Source of the DNA: an uncultured Bacilli bacterium
GTDB taxonomy: Bacteria; Bacillota_I; Bacilli_A; Izemoplasmatales; UBA1188
Assembly (NCBI GenBank): GCA_905235635.1
Contig: CAJOMC010000005.1
Span: 14,264-78,263, forward strand
Reading direction: 5' to 3'
Length of the DNA stretch: 64,000 nt
The position numbers and the translations under genes are program-made. The first letter of the stretch is position 1, and each line of letters opens with the position of its first letter. The notes beneath the pieces were generated by a model. That model had not been told where the DNA came from, did no database searches, and saw only the letters and a program-made list of their open reading frames with translations. This document shows, piece by piece, positions 1 to 9,036 of the stretch.

Positions 1-1
1 C

Positions 2-1687
2 TATGGTAATCAGGAACTATATGAACTTAAAGTTGAATTAGTTGATGAAGACAGTACTGTCGATCAAGATAATGAACTAATTGGTTTAAGAAAGATGGAA
101 GTAGTAAGAGAAGATGATGAATTTGGTACTTCTTTTACGGTGAGAGTTAATAATCAAGATATCTTTATTAAGGGTTCAGATTATATAATTGAAGATAATA
201 TCCTCCCAAGAACTAGCATTGAAAGAACCAAATATCTACTCAACGCAGTTATTGAAGGCAATCAAAACTGTCTTAGAATTTGGGGAGGTGCATTATACCC
301 AAGTAATGAATTTTATACTCTATGTGATAAATTGGGTATTCTTATCTGGCAAGACCTCATGTTTGCGTGTGGATACTACGATATGGAAAATAAAGAGTTT
401 GTAGAAGAAATAAAAGAAGAGATAGTTGATAACGTAAATAGAATCCATAACCACGCATGTATAGTACTTATCTGTGGAAATAATGAAAATGAGACAGCCG
501 CAAATGACTGGCATATACCAGAAGAAGAATATACAAAGAAATGGTATTTATACCAATATGAAGAACTTATCCCATCAATCTTAAAAGATATTGCGCCTGA
601 TATTTTCTATTGGCCATCAAGCCCATCATCAGGTGGAGGTTTTATTGAACCTAACTCAGATAAAAAAGGCGATATGCATTACTGGGGTGTATGGCATAAT
701 GATGAACCAATAGAAAATTATAGATTATACTTCCCTCGTATGATGAGTGAATTTGGTATGCAGTCATTCCCATCTATTAAAACAATAAATGAATTCACAA
801 AAGCTGAAGATAGAAACATTTATAGTTATGTGATGGAACGTCACCAAAAGAATAGAAGTGCTAACCAAAAGATAATTAACTATATTGGATCTATGTTTAA
901 ATATCCAAAAGATTTAGAGAATATCTCATATATATCTGAGGTTATTCAGGCAGAGGCAGTAAGGTACTGTGTAGAGCACTTAAGACGTAATTACCCAAGA
1001 TGTATGGGTTCAATCTACTGGCAATTAAATGACTGTTGGCCAGTTGCATCTTGGAGTAGTATTGATTATTATGGTAGATATAAAGCCCTACAATATTATT
1101 CAAAGAGATTCTATAGCCCTGTGCTTTTAAGTATAGAAGAATCTAATACTCAATCAACCGATTACCTTCAAAATAAAGGTAGTCAAAACGCGAATATCTA
1201 TCTAACTAACGAAACAAGAGATAACATTAAAGGAAAGTGTCTTGTTGAACTACTTGATTTTGACGGAAACTTAATAGATTCTTCTATGAGTGAAATAGTG
1301 GTTAAACCATTTAGTTCTAATAAGCTACTCACTAAAACATATACACTATCTTTAGATGATCAAATGAATTATGTCTTAAGAGTAAGACTTTACACAGATA
1401 ATAATGTATATGAAAGTAATGTATCATTTGTAAGGGATAAGTATTTAAATCTTAAAAAGCCTAAGATAGAATATAGTCTTTTTAAAGAAGATGACCTATA
1501 TATTTTATCGCTTATAAGTAATACGTTTAGTAAATATGTATTTATAGATTTAAAAGATAAAGACGTAATATTTAGCGATAACTACTTCAATATGTTTAAA
1601 GGTGAAACTAAAATAGTAACATTTAAATCAAAAGAAGAAGTTAAACTGGATGATATTATAGTTAAAGATTTAACTAGTAGTTATTAA
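2..1687 (+). CDS. Glycoside hydrolase family 2 beta-mannosidase, C-terminal part (5' end lies upstream of the window)
   Basis: The frame is open from nt 2 (YGNQELYELKVELVDEDS...) into tracked ORF 95..1687. It carries GH2 barrel strings 'NCLRIWGGALYP', the acid/base-type 'CGNNENE' and the nucleophile-type 'MSEFGMQSFP', as in beta-mannosidases. Confidence 0.8.
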   Translation, partial: YGNQELYELKVELVDEDSTVDQDNELIGLRKMEVVREDDEFGTSFTVRVNNQDIFIKGSDYIIEDNILPRTSIERTKYLLNAVIEGNQNCLRIWGGALYPSNEFYTLCDKLGILIWQDLMFACGYYDMENKEFVEEIKEEIVDNVNRIHNHACIVLICGNNENETAANDWHIPEEEYTKKWYLYQYEELIPSILKDIAPDIFYWPSSPSSGGGFIEPNSDKKGDMHYWGVWHNDEPIENYRLYFPRMMSEFGMQSFPSIKTINEFTKAEDRNIYSYVMERHQKNRSANQKIINYIGSMFKYPKDLENISYISEVIQAEAVRYCVEHLRRNYPRCMGSIYWQLNDCWPVASWSSIDYYGRYKALQYYSKRFYSPVLLSIEESNTQSTDYLQNKGSQNANIYLTNETRDNIKGKCLVELLDFDGNLIDSSMSEIVVKPFSSNKLLTKTYTLSLDDQMNYVLRVRLYTDNNVYESNVSFVRDKYLNLKKPKIEYSLFKEDDLYILSLISNTFSKYVFIDLKDKDVIFSDNYFNMFKGETKIVTFKSKEEVKLDDIIVKDLTSSY

Positions 1688-1692
1688 ATAAA

Positions 1693-1736
1693 GAAAGAAG
1701 CATTCAATCATACGTTTGAATGCTTCTTTCCTTTTT
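1693..1736. terminator. Hairpin terminator between convergent genes
   Basis: A 15-bp perfect stem (GAAAGAAGCATTCAA 1693-1707 / TTGAATGCTTCTTTC 1716-1730) has an 8-nt loop and is followed by CTTTTT. The 3' arm overlaps the last codons of the minus-strand gene. Confidence 0.7.
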
Positions 1737-2505
1737 CTTTATAAGCTAATACTTTTTCGATATTAACATTCTCCATTGATCTAAAGATGTTTTTATCTAC
1801 TACATCAGTATCAAGCTTTAATTCTTTAATTAATCGTTTAATATATTGTCTTTTAGAGTTTTCGCATAATACCCTATTCTCGGTTAGGAAACAACCACAT
1901 TTAAGAAATGATAGATTATTTTCCTTTTCAAAAGAGATAATATCATCTTCCTTCACAAGATATAGCGGTCTTATAAGTGATAATCCTTCATAATTATCAC
2001 TCTTAACCTTAGGAAGCATTGTCTCAACTTTGCCTGAATAGAAGATACTCATAAGAGTAGTTTCTATTTGATCATCAAAGTGTTGACCTAGGGCAATCTT
2101 ATTACAGCCTATACTTTTTGCGTGGTTATATAAGGCACCTCTCCTCATTTTTGCGCAAATATAACATCTTTTGTCTTCATTTTTTGCGGATATTTCAAAG
2201 ATTTTTGTATCAAAGAATTCTATTGGAATACCCAGTAGTTCTGCATTATGTTTAATCTCATTAAGTTTTTCTTCTGTATAACCAGGATTCATTGAGACAT
2301 ACCTTACGCTAAATGGGAAATCACTCCATTTTAAAAGTTCCATAAAACATAAAGCCATTATAAATGAATCTTTTCCACCCGACATACATACCATAATGTT
2401 GTCACCTTCATTTATCAGGTTATATTCTTTAATAGCTTTAATAAATTTATGGTAAATCTTAAATCTATAATCTTTTATAAGTGATTTAGTATAAATACTA
2501 TCCAT
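1708..2505 (-). CDS. ttcA: PP-loop ATPase, TtcA-like tRNA 2-thiocytidine biosynthesis protein
   Basis: It has the PP-loop 'MSGGKDS', the TtcA-like 'CYICAKMRRGALY...IALGQHFDDQIET' string and a C-terminal 'CGC' cysteine pair. It uses TGA as its stop codon. Confidence 0.7.
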   Translation of the reverse strand: MDSIYTKSLIKDYRFKIYHKFIKAIKEYNLINEGDNIMVCMSGGKDSFIMALCFMELLKWSDFPFSVRYVSMNPGYTEEKLNEIKHNAELLGIPIEFFDTKIFEISAKNEDKRCYICAKMRRGALYNHAKSIGCNKIALGQHFDDQIETTLMSIFYSGKVETMLPKVKSDNYEGLSLIRPLYLVKEDDIISFEKENNLSFLKCGCFLTENRVLCENSKRQYIKRLIKELKLDTDVVDKNIFRSMENVNIEKVLAYKEKGKKHSNV

Positions 2506-3710
2506 TAACTTAGTTGATCAACGATATTATCTAAGACTTCTCTCATCTTATAGAAGTCATCTATATCTAGGTATTCATAAACACCATGGAAGTTATTTCC
2601 ACCTGTGCCTAGGTTTGGGCATGGAATTCCTTTATATGATAAAGTAGCACCATCAGTCCCACCTCTTACAGGTATTACATTGAAACTTAGACCTGCCTTG
2701 TGGTAAGCATTCTTTGCGACTTCTACTATCTCAGGTACCTTTATAATTAAGTCATGCATATTATAGTAAGAATCTCTCACATCAACTCTACATACGGTTT
2801 TGCCATACTCTTTATTGACTATATCTTGAGCGTTTAAGAAATCTTTCTTTTGTCTTTCAAGATTATCTCTATCAAAATTTCTAATTATATATTTATATAC
2901 TGCATTTTCGATAGAACCACTTGATTCAACTAAATGAATGAATGGTTCTCTATTTTCTGTATATTCAGGGCGTTCCATTTGAGGCAATAGTGAGTGGAAT
3001 TTTATCGCAACTTCTTGAGCGTTTACAAGGATTCCTTTACCTATTGATGGATGTACACTTGTGCCAAAGAAGGATACTTTGGCGGCTGCGGCATTAAAGT
3101 TTTCAGAATTGAATTCATCAATATCAGAGCCATCTACAGTATAAGCGTAAATCTTGTTTGTGTCTTCTTTAATGATATCAACATCTACACCTTCAGTACC
3201 ACGGCCTATCTCTTCATCAGACGTAAATACTAATGTGATATTAGGATAATTTCCTCTTTTAATCATTCTTTCAACTAAGTCAACGATTAAAGCGCAACCA
3301 CTCTTATCGTCTGCGCCAAGAAGTGTATCACCTGATGTAACCACAAGCTTATGGCCTCTATGGCGAATAAGATTAGAGAATGCTTTCTCAGATAATACTT
3401 TGCCGTTTCCTAAATTAATATCTTCACCAGTAAACAAAACTATTTGTGGTTTAATATCTTTGCCTTTTGCTTCAGGCGATGTATCAACGTGACACATTAG
3501 CATGAGGGTGTCTCTTTTACCACAATCACTTTTAAGTTTCCCGTAAACTATACCATTCTTAAATATAGTCTTAAGTCCTAAATCTTTTAGTTCTTTTTCA
3601 ATAAAAGATAATAAAACTAATTCCTTATCACTTGATGGATAAGTAGTAGAATTCTCATCTGATGTAGTTTCAAAACTTATATAATTTAAAAATCTATCTA
3701 ATAATTCCAT
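2505..3710 (-). CDS. pepT: Peptidase T (tripeptide aminopeptidase, M20B)
   Basis: It is colinear over its full length with PepT, with 'HVDTSPE', 'LGADDKSG', 'FTSDEEIG', 'FNAAAAKV..G..VHP' and 'RGGTDG'. Confidence 0.9.
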   Translation of the reverse strand: MELLDRFLNYISFETTSDENSTTYPSSDKELVLLSFIEKELKDLGLKTIFKNGIVYGKLKSDCGKRDTLMLMCHVDTSPEAKGKDIKPQIVLFTGEDINLGNGKVLSEKAFSNLIRHRGHKLVVTSGDTLLGADDKSGCALIVDLVERMIKRGNYPNITLVFTSDEEIGRGTEGVDVDIIKEDTNKIYAYTVDGSDIDEFNSENFNAAAAKVSFFGTSVHPSIGKGILVNAQEVAIKFHSLLPQMERPEYTENREPFIHLVESSGSIENAVYKYIIRNFDRDNLERQKKDFLNAQDIVNKEYGKTVCRVDVRDSYYNMHDLIIKVPEIVEVAKNAYHKAGLSFNVIPVRGGTDGATLSYKGIPCPNLGTGGNNFHGVYEYLDIDDFYKMREVLDNIVDQLS

Positions 3711-3758
3711 AACAAAAACCTCTCAATGACTATATTAACACATAAAGTGTTATTTGTC

Positions 3759-3787
3759 TTTACAAATATACCCTAGGGGGGTATAAT
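3759..3787 (+). promoter_or_regulatory. Sigma-A promoter with a CsoR-type operator in the spacer
   Basis: TTTACA (3759-3764), a 17-nt spacer, then TATAAT (3782-3787). The spacer and -10 contain the GC-rich inverted repeat ATACCCTAGGGGGGTAT (3768-3784). This resembles the TACCC-N-GGGGGTA CsoR boxes of Firmicute cop operons. Confidence 0.7.
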
Positions 3788-3805
3788 TAAGCGAGGTATT
3801 TTATT

Positions 3806-4093
3806 ATGGAAAATTGTAGATATAAGGAAACTAAAAGAGATACTGAAACTAAGAAGAGACTCATAAGTCGCGCAAATAGAATAAGTGGTCAATTAAGTGG
3901 CATCGCAAAAATGCTTGAAGAAGATAGATACTGCGTTGATATTTTAACTCAACTATCAGGGGCAAGTGCCGCGCTTAAATCTCTTGCGACAGAAATATTT
4001 AAGGAACACTTATCTTCCTGCGCTAAAGAAAAACTATCAAGAGGAGATGAAGATACTATTGATGAAATCGCTAGTATCTTTAAGAAATTTTAA
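3806..4093 (+). CDS. csoR: CsoR-family copper-sensing transcriptional repressor
   Basis: It is 95 aa with the DUF156/CsoR pattern 'RISGQLSGIAKMLEEDRYCVDILTQLSGASAAL...EHL..C'. The metal-ligand Cys/His positions are present. It lies directly upstream of copA. Confidence 0.85.
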   Translation: MENCRYKETKRDTETKKRLISRANRISGQLSGIAKMLEEDRYCVDILTQLSGASAALKSLATEIFKEHLSSCAKEKLSRGDEDTIDEIASIFKKF

Positions 4094-4095
4094 TT

Positions 4096-6531
4096 ATGAA
4101 AAAGGTATATGCGCTTAAAGGAATGATGTGCACTGCGTGCGCATCTAATATTGATCATACAGTTAGAAAGATTGATGGTGTTATAGATGTAAATGTTAAT
4201 TTCATTAAAAATGAAATGACAGTTGAATCTAATATTGATTTAAGTGACGCTATCATATATTATGTGAAAAAGGCTGGATATAGGGCTATCCCAGTAGAAG
4301 ACTTAATGGATGAAAATGAAAAAAAGGAACATAATGGGTTAAAACTCATTATATCCTACGTGTTACTTTTAACCCTAATGTATTTCTCTATGGGAAGCAT
4401 GATAGGTCTTCCAATCCCTAGGTTATTTACTAATAATTTATATCTATCTATTCTTGAACTAATACTCACAGTTCCAATAGTAATAATACATTTTAATTAT
4501 GTGATAGGTGGAGTTATACATCTTACGAAATTTAATCCTGACATGAATTCTCTTGTAGCTTTAGGTGTTATGTCATCACTAGTCTTAGGTATAATTACCA
4601 TTATACAAGTTATTATTAATCCAAGTATGGAACACGTTCATCTATATTTTGAATCTGCGGCTATGATAGTAACATTTGTATCAACCGGTAAATATATTGA
4701 AGGAAGATCAAGAGATAAGACCACACTCACTCTTAAAGAACTTGAAAAACTAGAACCAAAAGAAGCTCATGAAATTATAGAAGGTGTTGAATATACTAAG
4801 GAGATTAAAGATATAACACAAGGTAGCATTATTCTTATTAAACCGGGTGAAGTTGCCCCACTTGATGGGATAGTAGTAAAAGGTGAATCATCAATGGATG
4901 AATCATCTATTACGGGTGAATCTATTGAAGTATATAAAACTATAGGTTCTAAAGTACTATCAAGCGCAATAAATAGGGACGGAGCCTTATATATTAAGAC
5001 TACATCGACTGATAAAGACTCAACTATAAGAAGAATTATTACGCTCGTGAATGAAGCATCATCATCTAAAGCAAAGGTTTCAAGACTAGTAGATAAGGTA
5101 TCAAGGTTCTTTACTCCATTCGTGATACTAGTGGCTTTAATCACACTTATTATCCACTTAATAGTCTCCAAAGATGTAATGCATTCAGTAAATAGCGCAA
5201 TCACTGTGCTTGTGGTATCATGCCCTTGTGCTTTAGGTCTTGCGACCCCAATAGCCGTAATGGTTTCAACTGGAGTTGCCGCAAAAAATGGATTTATTAT
5301 CAACTCAGTATCCACACTTGAAAATTTATATAATGTTAAAAACATAGTATTTGATAAAACAGGAACTTTAACTAAGGGTAATTTAATAGTTAAAGAAGAA
5401 TTATTGTTTAATAAAAAATATAAAGACACATATAAAGATATTATTTATTCTCTTGAATCGCTTTCTATTCACCCAATAGCTTTATCAATCACAAAATATT
5501 ATGATGAATCTAAGTTGCTTAATGTATCTAATTTTGAAAGTAAATCTGGAAAAGGAGTTAGTGGTGTAATAGATAACACTAGATACTATATAGGATCATA
5601 TTCATATCTTAAGGATATGCTAAATGATATTGAAAATAATACTTTGGCTACTATAGATAAGTATCTTGAAAAAGGATTAAGTCCTATGTTTTTATTTAGT
5701 GAAAATTCGCTAATATCCGCGCTATACCTCTTTGATGATGCAAGAGCAGAATCAAAAGAAACAATAGAATACTTAAAGAACAATGGTTATAATGTTTATT
5801 TATTATCCGGGGATAATAGAGTTGTTGCGAACACTATAGGTAGTGAGTTATCTATTGATAATATATACTATGAAGTTCTCCCGGAAGATAAAAAGAATAT
5901 AATAAGTGAACTAAAGAATAATTATAAAACATTAATGGTTGGAGATGGAATAAATGATGCACCTGCTCTTGAGGAGGCAGATGTATCAATGTCGCTTGGC
6001 ACATCCACAGACATCGCAAAAGTTACCGCATCTATGATACTTTTACATAATAATGTATATGACGTGATTAATGCGATTAGATTATCTAAAAGGACTATTA
6101 CCACAATTATAATCAATCTATCATGGGCATTCTTTTATAACTTAATCGCAATTACACTTGCGACAGGTATATTTAAAGGAGCAGGACTTGAGATTAATCC
6201 AATGATTGCATCGCTTATGATGAGTATATCTAGCGTATTTGTGGTACTTAATTCACTATCAATTAATCTATTTAAAAAACTAGAACCTATCTCAAAAGAG
6301 AAAAACGATAATGAAGTAATTGAATTAAAGATCAAAGGAATGATGTGTGAACACTGCGTTAAAAGAGTATATGACGCACTATCTAAAGGCAGTGGAGTAA
6401 AGGGTGTTACAGTATCACTTAAACTTAAGAATGCAGTAATAGAAGGAAGCGCGTTAGATGCCTTAGAACTAATAGATTTAGTTAATAATGCATCTCCAGA
6501 TAAAAAATATAAAGCAAAATTAACAAAATAA
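4096..6531 (+). CDS. copA: Copper-translocating P1B-type ATPase with N-terminal and C-terminal HMA domains
   Basis: It has an N-terminal 'GMMCTACASN' (MxCxxC), the TM6 'CPC' motif (SCPCALGLATP), 'DKTGTLT' and 'GDGINDAPAL'. A second HMA domain sits at the C terminus ('KGMMCEHCVKRV'). Confidence 0.95.
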   Translation: MKKVYALKGMMCTACASNIDHTVRKIDGVIDVNVNFIKNEMTVESNIDLSDAIIYYVKKAGYRAIPVEDLMDENEKKEHNGLKLIISYVLLLTLMYFSMGSMIGLPIPRLFTNNLYLSILELILTVPIVIIHFNYVIGGVIHLTKFNPDMNSLVALGVMSSLVLGIITIIQVIINPSMEHVHLYFESAAMIVTFVSTGKYIEGRSRDKTTLTLKELEKLEPKEAHEIIEGVEYTKEIKDITQGSIILIKPGEVAPLDGIVVKGESSMDESSITGESIEVYKTIGSKVLSSAINRDGALYIKTTSTDKDSTIRRIITLVNEASSSKAKVSRLVDKVSRFFTPFVILVALITLIIHLIVSKDVMHSVNSAITVLVVSCPCALGLATPIAVMVSTGVAAKNGFIINSVSTLENLYNVKNIVFDKTGTLTKGNLIVKEELLFNKKYKDTYKDIIYSLESLSIHPIALSITKYYDESKLLNVSNFESKSGKGVSGVIDNTRYYIGSYSYLKDMLNDIENNTLATIDKYLEKGLSPMFLFSENSLISALYLFDDARAESKETIEYLKNNGYNVYLLSGDNRVVANTIGSELSIDNIYYEVLPEDKKNIISELKNNYKTLMVGDGINDAPALEEADVSMSLGTSTDIAKVTASMILLHNNVYDVINAIRLSKRTITTIIINLSWAFFYNLIAITLATGIFKGAGLEINPMIASLMMSISSVFVVLNSLSINLFKKLEPISKEKNDNEVIELKIKGMMCEHCVKRVYDALSKGSGVKGVTVSLKLKNAVIEGSALDALELIDLVNNASPDKKYKAKLTK

Positions 6532-6568
6532 TTGAAAAATATTAGATAAGATACGTATATTATAGTAG

Positions 6569-8728
6569 ATGAGTTATGTGAAAGGTGAGGTATCTCACCA
6601 AGTCTATTTCAATGTGAAGAATAATTATGGGGTTTATAAGGTTTCTATTGAAGAAACTGATGAACCCCTACTAGATTTTAAGAAAACTGTGACCGTAGTG
6701 GGCACGTTCTTTAATATTGATATTGGAAGTACTTATAAATTTACTGGAAAGATGTCTTTTAAAGAAAGGTATGGATATTCATTTGTCGCTGATACATCTG
6801 AAAGAGTACTACCAACATCAATAGAAGGTGTAATAGAATATCTATCAGGCGATAGATTTAAAGGTATCGGTAAAAAGACAGCGACTACTATAGTTGAAGC
6901 ACTAGGAACTGATGCGATAGCCAAAATTAGCGCATCAATCAATGCGCTTGATATGGTTCCATCTCTATCAGACACCAAGAAAGAATTAATTTATAATGAG
7001 ATAATAAATAGTGCTACTTTGGAGAATATTTTGATTACTCTTTATTCATATGATATTACTCCTAAAATGGCTATGAGAATCTATGATAGATTTGGCACTG
7101 AAACATTAGATATTATTAAAGAGAATCCTTATAGATTAATAAATGAAATAGAAGGTATAGCCTTTCTTAAGGCCGATAAAATCGCCCTTAAGACAGGCAT
7201 TAGCCCATATAATGAGAATAGAATTGATTCTTGTATCTCATACTCTATATTATTAAATGCTGAAGAGACTGGAGATACATATATTTCATATGATGATTTA
7301 ACTATAAGAGTTAGAAACCTCTTATCTTTTACATCCGATGATGATACTTTAATTCTAAAAGAAATAAATAAGTTAAAAGCTCAAAAAGTACTAATTGATT
7401 GCGATTTAAATAATGTTACTGACGCAAGACTATATATGTCTGAAAAATATATAGCGGACAAGCTATATCTTATGTCTAGCGCTAAGGTAGAAAAATTTAA
7501 TAAGAAAGAACTTGATAATTTAATTAGCGAATTTGAAAAAGTTAATGATATTAAATATGAAGATGAACAGATAGAAGCTATATATAATGCATTAAATAAT
7601 AATGTATCAATAATTACTGGAGGGCCTGGTGTAGGTAAGACTACTATTGAAAGAGGAATATTATATGCATACGAGGAACTTGTGACATCTGAAGCATCAT
7701 ATATTAAACTATGTGCCCCAACTGGTAAGGCCGCAAAAAGGATAGAAGAATCTACTAATTTTGCTGCGAGAACTATTCATAAATTATTAGGCTATGATAC
7801 TATGGGCAATTTTGCCTATAATAAATTTAATCCACTAGATGTAAAACTATTAATTCTAGATGAAGCATCTATGGTCGATATATTTTTATTTAAAAGACTT
7901 CTTGAGGCACTTCCACTAGATACTAAAGTAGTAATTGTGGGTGATAGTGATCAACTTCCTTCAATTGGACCTGGAGAAGTACTTAAGAATTTAATTGATT
8001 CAGGTAAATTTGTAGTTTCTAGATTAACTAAAATACATAGGCAAAAAGAGACATCTAAGATAGTATCACTCGCATACGACTGTCTTAAAGGAGAGGTTGA
8101 TACAATAATTGAAGATGATAGAGATGACCTTATATTTATCCCTGCCTATCAAGAAGATTTAAACTCTATTATTCTTAATGTGATTAATCGCTTTAGTGGT
8201 ATGGGCTATTCTCTTGAACAAGATATAGAAGTATTAATCCCAATATATAAATCAATTGTAGGAATAGAATCAGTGAATAAATTTATCCAGATGTCTATTA
8301 ATTCAAAAGTGTCAAATAAAAGTCCATATGAATATTATATAGATGATAAAGTTATTCAACTAGTAAATCAGTATGAAGATGGTGTAATGAATGGTGATAT
8401 AGGCATAGTTACTGATGTTTTGCCCGATGAGATTAAAGTAAGATTTCAGGAAAACGAGGTTACATATAAGGGTAGTGATATCTATAATATTCAGCTTGCT
8501 TATGCGATATCAGTTCATAAATCTCAAGGAAGCGAATTCCCTGTCGTTATAATACCTTTCTTTAATAACTATAGGATTCTATTAAACAAGAAATTAGTTT
8601 ATACGGCTATAACTAGAGCGAAAGATCATCTCATTATAATTGGTGATGCGAAATGTTTTAGAGATACAATAAAAGTAATCACAAAGCCAAGAAAAACAAT
8701 GCTAGTAAAGTTCTTAGATGATAAATAA
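6569..8728 (+). CDS. recD2: RecD2-type (YrrC-like) ATP-dependent DNA helicase
   Basis: The N terminus 'VKGEVSHQVYFNVKNNYGVYKV' resembles YrrC. It also has Walker A 'GGPGVGKTT', 'LILDEASM', 'VGDSDQLPS' and the C-terminal 'VHKSQGSEF'. Confidence 0.85.
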   Translation: MSYVKGEVSHQVYFNVKNNYGVYKVSIEETDEPLLDFKKTVTVVGTFFNIDIGSTYKFTGKMSFKERYGYSFVADTSERVLPTSIEGVIEYLSGDRFKGIGKKTATTIVEALGTDAIAKISASINALDMVPSLSDTKKELIYNEIINSATLENILITLYSYDITPKMAMRIYDRFGTETLDIIKENPYRLINEIEGIAFLKADKIALKTGISPYNENRIDSCISYSILLNAEETGDTYISYDDLTIRVRNLLSFTSDDDTLILKEINKLKAQKVLIDCDLNNVTDARLYMSEKYIADKLYLMSSAKVEKFNKKELDNLISEFEKVNDIKYEDEQIEAIYNALNNNVSIITGGPGVGKTTIERGILYAYEELVTSEASYIKLCAPTGKAAKRIEESTNFAARTIHKLLGYDTMGNFAYNKFNPLDVKLLILDEASMVDIFLFKRLLEALPLDTKVVIVGDSDQLPSIGPGEVLKNLIDSGKFVVSRLTKIHRQKETSKIVSLAYDCLKGEVDTIIEDDRDDLIFIPAYQEDLNSIILNVINRFSGMGYSLEQDIEVLIPIYKSIVGIESVNKFIQMSINSKVSNKSPYEYYIDDKVIQLVNQYEDGVMNGDIGIVTDVLPDEIKVRFQENEVTYKGSDIYNIQLAYAISVHKSQGSEFPVVIIPFFNNYRILLNKKLVYTAITRAKDHLIIIGDAKCFRDTIKVITKPRKTMLVKFLDDK

Positions 8729-8733
8729 TTAGT

Positions 8734-8786
8734 AAAATGATTTATAGATGAATAAGAAGGCAATTCATTTATAAATCATTTTTATA
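8734..8786 (+). terminator. Rho-independent terminator after recD2
   Basis: A ~20-bp stem (AAAATGATTTATAGATGAAT / AATTCATTTATAAATCATTTT, one mismatch) has loop AAGAAGGC and is followed by a T-run. Confidence 0.75.
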
Positions 8787-9036
8787 TTAAGCATATGAAG
8801 AGATCTTTATGGTTTAATACTATATAGTTTTTTATGTATACTAGATAAACCCCATATTTAGCGATTATTTATTATTCTCTTATCTAGAGATGCGTAATTT
8901 TCTACATATTAGAATGCCATTTATCTAAAGAGAATAGCGTTTTCTTTTAAGTAGAATTGTGATTCACAAGTTCTAATTGACCTCAATAATTATAAGAAAT
9001 AAAATCAAAGCGTCACTTAAAAAGGAGGTCGAACAA

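Noticed and set aside
4767-5429. A 220-aa ORF on the minus strand inside copA. Further antisense ORFs lie inside copA at 5586-5783, 5922-6116 and 6135-6335.
   Set aside because: It lies entirely antisense to a well-supported P-type ATPase gene and is a low-complexity S/I/T/L-rich translation with no start signals. It is a typical shadow ORF created by the codon bias of the sense gene.
8876-8933. Two similar motifs, TTATCTAGAGA (8880-8890) and TTATCTAAAGAGA (8921-8933), plus a 5-bp inverted repeat TCTCT/AGAGA, upstream of the glycosyltransferase gene.
   Set aside because: The repeats are short, AT-rich and imperfect, and are easily expected by chance in a 250-nt AT-rich spacer. I see no supporting promoter geometry.
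8977-9036. Upstream alternative starts in the ORF track: TTG 8977 for the glycosyltransferase, TTG 53116 for tig, ATG 25520 for coaD and ATG 56905 for the DUF3800 gene.
   Set aside because: In each case a downstream ATG is preceded at proper spacing by a clear Shine-Dalgarno-like sequence (strong for the first three, weaker TGAGGT for the DUF3800 gene). That ATG also coincides with the conserved N terminus of the family. The upstream codons lack an RBS.
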